From Octopus sinensis (taxonomy: Eukaryota): a stretch of 64,000 nucleotides of DNA. A program made the position numbers and the translations under genes. Location of the stretch: NCBI RefSeq assembly GCF_006345805.1, contig NC_042997.1:209374001-209438000 (forward strand), given 5' to 3'. Within the stretch, counting starts at the first letter, position 1; each line of letters opens with the position of its first letter. Positions 13,441 through 64,000 of the stretch are shown here, piece by piece. The notes beneath the pieces are model-generated. The model was not told the DNA's origin. It made no database searches and worked only from the letters and a program-made list of their open reading frames with translations.

Positions 13441-14331
13441 ATTTATGGTAATCGGACAAAACAGCCTATAATACCTACATACAAATGCACACACATTTAT
13501 ATACGTCTACATATAAACTTGTGTTGGTTTCTCTCATTTCCAATTTATTCTGGTTTCACTTGTTCACAAACACACTTTGGTCTCAGATCCACAGACATGC
13601 TATCTCACCTCTCTCTCACCTTCTATATATCTATTTGTCTTTCTCTCTCTCTCACCCTCCCTATATTTATTTATCTCTCTCTCTCTCTCTCATCCTCTAT
13701 ATCTATTTCTCTCTGTCTCCTTGTTTCTTCTCTTTCTTGTCTTCACCACACTTTGTACATGCTAGACAGAGTTGACACAGATGGCTTTGTCCATCCCTAT
13801 CGTTTGTTCTCTTCACCTGCACAGTATTTTAGTCGAACCAGTTCTACAGAGGTCAAGATGACTTGACACCAAAGTTGGTCACCTGCTGTTTGTTCTCAAC
13901 TTAGGGCATTGACAGTGGTCTTCGTCATAGTTTCCTGTTTTAAACTGAACTTTGAAACGAATGTTGCAGAGCGCAGAATACGATTGACAGCAATAAATAG
14001 CCAACACACACACAATGGAATGCCTTTGATCAAAGGGCAATAGGGCAAGGCCGTGACCTCGTGTGTACCGTTGGCGATTTTTTTTCCTCTGTCTTCCCTT
14101 CTCAGGATCTTTCCTTCTCCTATGTTTCCGACGAAGAGCTTCTTTCCTTCCTTCCTGAGCGTCCAATAATACTATATTTGTTCCACGTCCTCGTGTTGTT
14201 GTGTTTTCTCTTTGTGTTTTCATGTTTGGATTAACCATATATATATATATAATAATAAATATTAGGGAATAAATCCAAATTTACAGGGAAAAATCAGATT
14301 TAGGATTGAATCCAATTTTATAGTAAAATAT

Positions 14332-14530
14332 TATATAATATTAATTAGAGACAAAACCACTATTTTGCAAATCAAACAAGGAAAGACTTAATCAATACAT
14401 AAAAATTTTTAATATAAAGCAAATAAATAAATAATTATTTACTTTATATTAAAATTTTTTTATGTATTGATTAAGTCTTTCCTTGTTTGATTTGCAAAAT
14501 AGTGGTTTTGTCTCTAATTAATATTATATA
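14332..14530. repeat. Near-perfect palindrome, about 200 bp
   Basis: Arms 14332-14403 and the mirror ending at 14530 are exact reverse complements. Confidence 0.92.
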
Positions 14531-15129
14531 TATATATATATTATATATATATATATATATTGTAGAAAGACTAAATGAACATTTGAGATAGTATAACAAG
14601 AAAAAAAAAGGCCTCCATACTCTAGGAACATACCAAGGAACAACATGGAGGCAACCTGGGTCAACTTGACATCCGCATTTTATCCAAGCACCCAAAGGAC
14701 CCAACACTCAGACAAATACAGGAGTACGTCCTCATAAATGAAACATCCCCAGTTCTAAATAGGAAATCTACATAGTAGGTAATCATGCCCCCATACCCAC
14801 AGTTTATATTTATATACAGGTAGAATGGTTAGTGGGCTTTTATGTAGATGTATATATGTGGGTGTGGGTGGGTGTGTATACATACATATGTATATATATG
14901 TATGTAGGCAAATGGATATGAATGTAAACAGAGAGACATACAGACGGAGAGGCACATAGGTAATATGAACAGACAAGCACACACACACACATACGCAAAT
15001 GAAGACTGAAACACACGACCATATACACACACACACTTCACTTCACACAAGGACACATACGGAGGAGGCACACATCCACACATACAGAGACAGAACATAT
15101 ATATAGTCTCAAAGCGAGATTTCCAGATA

Positions 15130-16707
15130 TCTTAAATTTGCAGGAGAATTTGTGGTGTGGGCAGTTTATCTGCTGTCAATCTGGACATGAAGGGTTTTGA
15201 GGATGTAGACCTGGATGTGGATCCTGAGGCTGGGGATGTGGACAAAATTGAGTACATCTCTGTTGATGCCATCCTTGATGAGTCTATTGACCTGGGCCTC
15301 AACCTGCCAGTGCACATGAAGTGCGCAGCCCTTAACTTCAACTTGGTAGCCGTCAAGGCTCTTGATATTGCTTCATTCAAGTTGGCCTACAGGAAGGCCA
15401 TGTCCAAGGCACATTGCCTGTGGAATCTGCAGAACCATGGCATGGTGGTGTCGAAGAGGAGGCTGACGGTCCCTAACAGTACCAGATGGAAGTCTACCTA
15501 TGACTCTGTTGTTGTCCTCAACAACCTGCTAGAGAGGAAAAGCAGAGCTGTCCACAGGGTGATGTCACAGCAGAAGCTGCCATCCTTCACTGATTCTGAT
15601 GTTGGCTTCCTGATAGAGTACGCCCAAGTGATGTCTAATGTTGCCCAGGCCTTGGATAAAATCCAGAGGGAGAACCAGGCCTACCGTCATGAAGTTGAAG
15701 CTGGCCAAGTTCAAACATCTCCTATATTGCAGTCCTCTAGTAGACTCAATACTGGCATGCATCACGAAAAGGTTTGGGCTCTTTCTAGAAGACCCGGAGT
15801 GCCAACTGGCCACTGCATTTCACCTCAAGTCTCTCCTGTTCTGGCTGGAGCAATATATTAACAGCCAAGTTAGCAGTGTAACAAATGCCATGGATATCAT
15901 TGTAGAGACAGCGCTAATGGAGACCAACAAGGAGGGCAACAGCACCACCAAAATGAGGATAAGGACGATGATTTCTTCAGCAACATCACCTAGTTCTGGG
16001 AGAGCAGGAGATACAGGTCACTGAAGTCCAAAGCGCAGAACTTGGTGAAGATCTGGCTGGAGGTTGTCTCAGAGGAGATTTTGACTGAAGTTGTTTTTTG
16101 GGGTGAGTAGATCTTGATCAACCTGTTCACCAAGTATAATACCAACATCCCATCCAGTGCTGCAGTTGAGTGCCTATTCTCTACAGGCAAAGATATTTTG
16201 AGGGCCAAGAAAGCCACCCTGTCAGATGGTAATTTTGAGGCTGATGTTTATGAAGGGCAATCACCATCATGTCAAGGTGATGGAGAAGGCCCAGCAAGAG
16301 TAGTACACCTTGGCCATCAACTGATCTTCACATGATACCAATGCTATACTATACGCTTTTTGATTAATTTAATACTTTTTGTACAGTAAATAAAGTATGT
16401 TGACTGAAAAACTAATGTTTAAATTCATTTGCTCATTTAATTAATTGCATACACCTGGATCGTGCTACACCTTTTTGGAAAGCTCTGTCTAAGCTTCATG
16501 AAAATTTCAGCACTCTAGGTCTGTTTTTAGAGCCAAAAAAACCAAACTGAAGCTAAATTCATGTGATAAAAGTTAGCAGTTATCAGTTAGTGTTTAGTTT
16601 CTGCTAATTTTTTTACCTGTTTAATTTTTTTTACCTGTTTAGCAGTTTAGCATTTTTGAAGTTAACTTTTGTGAAGCTAACTTTTTGGCCAGCTGTGCCC
16701 ACCACTG
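15130..16707 (+). mobile_element. hAT transposon fossil (3' half of transposase plus right TIR)
   Basis: HMKCAALNFNLVA (CxxHxLNL-like), PNSTRWKSTYD and PSSAAVECLFS dimerisation motif in different frames; subterminal GTTAGC/GCTAA repeats; ends ...gcccaccactg. Confidence 0.85.
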
Positions 16708-17596
16708 TTTATACCAGTCAAACAACAAGCAAACTAACCTGATTTTCAAAATCAAGATAAATATTTAACTTGTCTGCCTGCAGCAGTTCAGGACTGACAA
16801 AGGTCAAATAATTTCGGCTTGAGGTCATCCCATGTCATCTTTCAGACTGTAGTTCTTTGGCTAACATTCTGTAAACATTATATGCTCAGTGACTTCATAA
16901 CATTTGTCTTACTGTACTCATGTTGTTGTTGTTGTTGTTGTTATTGTAGTGACAGTTATTGCTGTTTAGCCCAAGGTCAGGCCTGATGGACCAGACACAT
17001 GTCTGTGATCAAAGGCATTCAGATATGATTGTGTTTAACCCATTAACAACTAATGTCTTATTTTTGGGGACAGAGACTTTGAATTTAATATAATTAAGAC
17101 ATTTGTCCTTACTTGTCTGAACCACTGCTCTCAACTCTGGTCATTCACTCTGATCCTACTTCATCATCATCATCATCATCATTATCGTTTAACGTCCGTT
17201 TTCTGTGCTAGCACAGGTTGGACAGTTCGACCGGGGTCTGGGAAGTCAGGAGGCTGCACCAGGCTCCAGTCTAATCTGGATGCCCTTCCTAACACCAACC
17301 ACTCTGTGAGTGTAGTGGGTGCTTTTTACGTGCCAGGGGAGGCTGGCAGTAGCCACGATCGGTTGGTACTTTTTATGTTCCACCGGCACAGAAGCCAGTC
17401 AAGGTGGCGCTGGCATCAGCCATGTTCGGATGGTGCTTTTTACGTGCCACTGGCACAGGTATCACAACTACAATTTCCATTTGATATTTATTTTGATGTT
17501 GATGTACTTGACTCAATAGGTCTCCTCAAGCACGGCAGGTCACGTGCCACCTGCAAAGAAGCCAGTCAAGGCGGCGCTGGCATCAGCCACAGGAGA

Positions 17597-17915
17597 GATA
17601 TGCAGTGGTATACATATAGAAGATCCTGGAGGTGTTGGCACCAAACTTTGGTATTGAAAATTAAACCAGCTCCTGAACTGGGTATAACTGCATTGTTCTA
17701 AAAATCCTGCTCATTCCATCTGCAGTGAAGGCCATGTACAAGAAATAGTTTGGGATTCAAAGGCCCACAGCTAGATATTATATTGCTAAAAAATCTGAGA
17801 GTAGGGACGGATGTTTTCAAGAAACAGCTTGATGTCCTGCTGTCCAAGATCCCAGATGAACCTACACCATGGCAAGAATACAAAAGAGGACAGCAATGTC
17901 AAACTCCTTCCTTCA
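17597..17915 (+). mobile_element. LINE 3' ORF2 fragment (CR1/Jockey group)
   Basis: YAVVYI.KILEVLAPNFG and SLGFKGPQL...DVFKKQLDVLLSKIPDEP. Confidence 0.72.
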
Positions 17916-18317
17916 CCAAACTCCAATCACAAGAGAATGGTCATTGCAAAGATGATAATACGGGCAGTGCCCCAGCATGGCCACAGCCTTTGTGTTGAAA
18001 TGAATAAATGAATAATATTATCAAGACTTTTGTGTTTCTTTTGTTACAGACTTATAAGTATTCTCCAAGTTTGAATAAAAATAAGTAATATTCTTTTCTA
18101 TTCTAGGCACAAGGCCTGAAATTTTGGGGGAGGGGGCCAGTCGATTAGATCGACCCCAGTACACAACTGGTACTTAATTTATCGACCCTGATAGAATAAG
18201 TACTAGGCTTATTACAAAGAATAAGTCCTGGGGTCGATTTGTTTAACTAAAAGCGGTACTCCAGCATGGCTGCAGTCAAAATGACTAAAACAATTAAAAA
18301 AAAAAGAAGAAAATACA

Positions 18318-18330
18318 TATAGACAGACAG

Positions 18331-18414
<84 letters not shown>

Positions 18415-18480
18415 TAGATAGATAGATAGATAGATAGACAGATAGATAGATAGATAGATTAGATATAGATAGATAGACAG

Positions 18481-18533
<53 letters not shown>

Positions 18534-18539
18534 AGAGAC

Positions 18540-18570
<31 letters not shown>

Positions 18571-18651
18571 CAGATATAGATAGATAGATAGATAGATAGA
18601 TAGACAGATATAGATAGACAGACAGATATAGATAGACAGATATAGATAGAC

Positions 18652-18714
<63 letters not shown>

Positions 18715-18715
18715 A

Positions 18716-18764
<49 letters not shown>

Positions 18765-18780
18765 CAGACAGACAGACAGA

Positions 18781-18820
<40 letters not shown>

Positions 18821-18965
18821 TAGATAGATAGATAGATAGATGATAGATATAGATAGATGGATGAACAGACAGACAGACAGACAGATAGATAGATAGATGG
18901 ATTAATAGATATAGATAGATAGATAGATAGGTAGACAGACAGACAGACAGATAGATAGATCAAGA
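18318..18965. repeat. (GATA)/(GACA) tetranucleotide array, about 650 bp
   Basis: Direct inspection. Confidence 0.96.
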
Positions 18966-19645
18966 GATAGCTATAGGCAGCCAATGATATTTGAAACCTG
19001 AAATTTTGCCCTAATAACACGAATTCTCTCACAGGCTTCTCTTTCACACTGTAATGGAATCTATGGAGTTGTAACACAATGGTTACATGCCATCCACCTT
19101 AACTGGTACCTTATATACACAGGGCAATGAGCTGGCAGAATCATTAGCACGCTGGGTGAAATGCTTAGCAGTATTTTCTCTGCCGTTACGTTATGAGTTC
19201 AAATTCTCCTGAGGTCGACTTTGCCTTTTATCCTTTCGGGGTCAATTAAATAAGTACCAGTTAAGTCGATGTAACTGACTTAATCCCTTTGTCTGTCCTT
19301 CTTTGTCCCCTATATGTTTAGCCCCCTGTGGGCAATAAAGAAATATATATACTCTTTTACTTGTTTCAGTTATTTGACTGTGGCCATGCTGGAGCACCGC
19401 CTTTAGTTGAGCAAATTGACCCAGAGCTTATTCTTCGTAAGCCTAGTACTTATTCTATCGGTCTCTTTTGCTGAACTGCTAAGTTATGGGGATGTAAACA
19501 CACCAGCATCAGTTGTCAAGAGATGTTGGGAGGACAAACACAGACACAGAAACATACACACACACATACATACATATATATACATACATATATATCCATA
19601 CATATATATATATATACATAAATACATATATACATACATACATAC

Positions 19646-19678
<33 letters not shown>

Positions 19679-22600
19679 GATACATACATACATACATACA
19701 ACAGGCTTCTTCCAGCTCCCGTCTGCCAAATCCACTCATAAGGCTTTGGTTGGCCCAAGGCTATAGTAGAAGGCACTTGCCCAAGGTGCCACGCAGTAGG
19801 ACTGAACCTGGGACCATGATTTTGGTAAGCAAGCTACTTACCACACAGCCACTCTAGGTGTCTTAAGAATCTATACATCTGTACAAAAGTGCTTGCATGT
19901 TGGCTATGTATGTATGTCAGTGTGAGAGAGAGAGAAAGAGGGAGAGAGATCAAATGTAGGGTAGAAATGACATGAATACCTAAGTAATTATTTTGTTTAT
20001 GTTCAAGATATGGGCATTAATGACCTTTCGAGGATTTCATCACGGGTCCTCTCTTTCTCTCTCTCTCTCACATGCGTACAAATGCTCCAATTCTCAGGCA
20101 GAAACGCACGTATACATATACACAAACAACAGGCTTCACACACACACACACATACAGATATCAAATAACCATTGTTATCTCGTCATATATAAATGATGAA
20201 GCAGCGTTGTGTGGTGTAAAGTTTATATGCCAAGGTGGGGAGACAAGAATCCTGGTGGTTTTATGAAAGTTCTTCATAAGAGAGAGGGCATATACTTTGT
20301 TTAAAATGTTTCTGGCAGGAATAATACACTGGACTCATTAGGGGTGGTCAGTAGGGATTCTGTTGCGAATGATTTATATAACAAAGTAGTAGAGGTAGAG
20401 GTAGAAGTGTGGTAACAGCAGAGGTGCTGGTGCAAGTAGAAGATTTCATTGCAACAGCATTAGTAGTATTAGTATTAATAGCAGCAGCAGTAGTGGTGCT
20501 GGTAATAGTAGTAGTAGTAGTAGCCTGTTTAGCGCCACCAGTTGTTGTAACCCAGCCACAAACCAGACCAAAATATTTGATATCATTTTAGCTTCCTTCT
20601 TTCTCCATTTTGTCCTTAATATTATTGCCCTTTTAAAGTGGTGAGCTGGCAGAATCGTTAGCATGCCAGGCGAAATGCTTAGAGGTATTTTGTTTGTCTT
20701 TACGTTCTGAGTTCAAATTCTGCCGAGGTCGACTTTGCCTTTCATCCTTTCGGGGTTGATTAAATAAGTACCAGTTACGCACTGGGGTCGATGTAATCGA
20801 CTTAATCAGTTTGTTTGTTCTCTCTGTGTTTAGCCCCTTGTGGGTAGTAAAGAAATAGGTATTTTGTCTGTCTTTACGTTCTGAGTTCAAATTCCACTGA
20901 GGTCGACTTTGCTTTCATGTTTTCGGGGTATAAATTAAGTACCAGTTACATACTGGGGTCGATCAAATCGACTGGGACCCCTCCCCCAAAATTTCAGGCC
21001 TTATGCTTAGAGTAGAAAAGAATATTATTACCCTGTTATCTCTGGACTCGATACCAAAACATACCAGTCATTTACTGGGATATTACTTGTGCTGGTACCA
21101 TGTAAAGGGTACTGGAGAAAAGTACCCAGTACACTCTGTAAAATAGTTGGTATTAGGAAGGGCCTTAGTTGTAGAAACCCTGCCGTAATAGAAGATGGGA
21201 GTCTGGTGCAACTCTCTGGCTTGCTGGCTTTTGTAAAACCATTCAGCCCACGAGAGCATAGAGAACAGACATTAAATGATGCTGGTGATGATGATGATGA
21301 TGACGGTTAACCAGTTGAATGTGGATACAGCATAGCCGAATGGTTAAGTAGTTTACTTCACAATCACATGATCTCAGGTTCAATCCCACGTGGCAGAATC
21401 TCATTAGAATATCAAATAGAACATTAGGCTGTATTTGTTCTGCTCCGTGCTCTGAGTTCAAATCCCACTAAGGCGAACTTTTCCTGTTCAGCCTTTGCAG
21501 GGCAGATAAAAATAAATTAATACCCCAAGGCAATGGACTGGTGGGATTGTAAGAATATCAATCAGACAGGTTCCCTTATGCTATATGTTCCAGCTCTTTC
21601 CATTTTGAGTTTAGACCCTGCTGTGGCCTATTTGGGTGCCTTCAGTGGATTCCACTCTCTGTTACAAGCCTTCTGGCTGGGTTTCTAATTTGAGGGCCAC
21701 TTCCTACCACTTTTCAGCTAACCTTGGAGGCCCTGGAAAAGCACGTCTGGTCAAGGGGAAATATTACTGGGTCAGTGCATAATTACTGTGGGTTTTGTCC
21801 AACAAATTTTAATCAACAAAAACAATATTTAGCAAAAACTTCTTTAAATGATGGTCTGACCGTCTGCCAAGCAAATGGGAAGCAGTAATTGAAGTAGATG
21901 GTGAATATGCTCCAGAATAATCATTGAAAGATGTTTTTGTTACATGTTGTTTATTGTTTTTGTTGAAAAAAATGCTGCAATGATGATGCACCAACCCAAT
22001 ACATGGCTTGGAAATAGGTGAGGATGGAAACCGGATGGGCATCTGGTCATGGAAAATCTGTCTCTGTAGACTCTGCCTGACCTATAGGACTGGTTCACTC
22101 ATAGGGATATGTCTTATGCTGGTTAAGAGGTACTCTTTGTAACAATCTGGTTCCTGGTTCAATCCCACTGTATGGCACCTTATGCAAGCATCTTATACTA
22201 TAACTCCAAGTTAACCAATGCCTTGTGATTGAAATTTGGTAGATGGAAACTGTGTAGAAGCCTGCCATGAAAGAGAGTGTGTGTGTGTGTGTGTTTTTGC
22301 AGATGTAAATCAGCAAAAGATTTTAAACGATGATGAGAAAACTGTCAAACTAATTAGTGCTTTTCACTTAAAGCAAAGTACTTTATAGTATTTGTTCTGC
22401 ACCTAGTTACAGCCACTCCTGTCAAGCTGTCTAACCTATGCCAGCATGGAAAACAGATGTTAAATGATGATGATGATGATGATGGTGTTTCAGTTGATGT
22501 CAGAGTAAAGAACTTATTAAATAAGACAATCATTTAAAATTAATTAGAAATATTCTTTAGCTGTTGTTTTTGTCTTTTATTTGCAGATTAATTACAAAAG

Positions 22601-23048
22601 ATCAAATTTATACATATCCCCATCCACCCAACATCACTCTCGCCCCACCAATACTTTCTCGACAAAAAACATTTGGATTCCAATCGTAGCATAATTTAGT
22701 TGCCATCTAATGTTTATACAGGTAAGAATTTCACAGGTAAACAAAAATATTCTTCATTTAATCAACCACCATTTAGTTAAAACTTTCCTTGATCATTCAT
22801 ACTCCTGTACATGCTACAAGAATATCAGAAACCAGATTTGTGTGAAATTCTCCCCTCATTCAACTAAAGCTGTGTTAATCCAATCTGAACTTTGATTTCT
22901 TCAACAGAATTTTGTGTTGATTTGTTTCTTTCTACAATATTATTTGTTTTTTTTTTGTGTATATATTTATAATAATTGTGGAAGGTGTTTGTAAGCCATT
23001 TAAGAAACACACAAAAACTGTTAGATTCACTTCAACATTTAAATTTAA

Positions 23049-23099
23049 TTTGTCAAAATATTTTCATCGTTTTCAGACCACAACCTGTTCACTGACAAA
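23049..23099 (-). ncRNA. Minimal type-I hammerhead ribozyme fold, G3-C8 variant core (family 2)
   Basis: TTTGTCA | GTGAACA G | GTTGT ggtctgaaa ACGAT | GAA | AATATT | T | TGACAAA: 7-bp stem I, 5-bp stem II (two G-U), palindromic stem III. Confidence 0.62.
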
Positions 23100-23118
23100 G
23101 CTTCGTGCTGCATCAAGT

Positions 23119-23169
23119 TTTGTCAGCGAACAGGTCACGATTTCAAAGCGACGAAAATATTTTGACAAA
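23119..23169 (+). ncRNA. Minimal type-I hammerhead fold, G3-C8 variant, degenerate (U4 to C, one stem II mismatch)
   Basis: TTTGTCA GCGAACA G GTCAC gatttcaaa GCGAC GAA AATATT T TGACAAA; mirror arm of 23049-23099. Confidence 0.55.
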
Positions 23170-23336
23170 TTAAATTTAAACGTTGAAGTGTGTTTGTAAA
23201 TGGCTTATAAACACCTTCAACACTGCAATTGTTTTCGTTCCAGCACATGATCTCAGATCAGGTCACTTGCTATGCAAGTACATCTCCGTAATTTATAATT
23301 ATTCTTTTGTATTTTTCAAATATAATAATTTCTTAA

Positions 23337-23346
23337 TTTATTTAAT
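23337..23346 (-). terminator. Candidate proximal polyadenylation signal (overlapping ATTAAA/AATAAA)
   Basis: Plus-strand tttatttaat reads ATTAAATAAA on the gene strand, about 225 nt after the stop; no transcript evidence. Confidence 0.4.
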
Positions 23347-23565
23347 TTTCAGGCTGTTATCTATCTCTCTATCTCTATATATACACACATATATATAGCG
23401 TGCTAAAAATCCATAAGTCAGAAAAAATTTGCACTTGTAAATGGAGAGGGTTATATTAACCAAAAAATACAGTTTTATATATTTCATTACAGTTGACTTT
23501 ACCAAAAAAAAAAAAAAAAAAAAAAAAAAATCAAATTCTGCAGAATGTTTAGTCTTCAGAATGGT

Positions 23566-63901
<40,336 letters not shown>

Positions 63902-64000
63902 CTGGTATAATAATAATAATAATAATGATGATGATGATGATGATGATAACAACAACAACAATGACAATAACAACAACAACAATAATAATAAAAATAATAA

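Larger units (their letters stand above)
22981..23218. mobile_element. Fold-back (palindromic) element, about 240 bp
   Basis: gaaggtgtttgtaagccattta / taaatggcttataaacaccttc outer arms; 11-nt loop at 23104-23114. Confidence 0.85.

Noticed and set aside
16790-16860. CTGAAAGA...GCCGAAAT hammerhead-like string (minus)
   Set aside because: The core has an insertion, and stems I and II do not pair convincingly.
18247-19077. 276-aa ORF (YLSI repeats)
   Set aside because: Translation of the GATA/GACA array.

Overview
AT-rich, microsatellite- and retroposon-saturated animal DNA. The repeat families point to an octopus (coleoid cephalopod) genome; this is an inference. One protein-coding gene is well supported: 15 minus-strand coding exons (63901 to 23566; 1914 nt = 637 aa + stop, all GT-AG, phases consistent) encode the complete formyltetrahydrofolate-synthetase domain of an MTHFD1/MTHFD1L-family C1-THF synthase. 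Its 5' part lies beyond the window. The rest is CR1-like and RTE LINE fragments, several tRNA-derived SINE families, hAT, Tc1/mariner and Helitron-like elements, and very long microsatellites that generate most ORFs in the track. The most notable signal is a set of five minimal type-I hammerhead-ribozyme folds in two sequence families, of the kind associated with Penelope-like elements. Four of them sit in inverted (fold-back) pairs. One pair lies about 470 nt past the MTHFD1 stop codon and carries a compensatory G3-C8 catalytic core instead of the canonical C3-G8. All calls were made by eye, without database searches.
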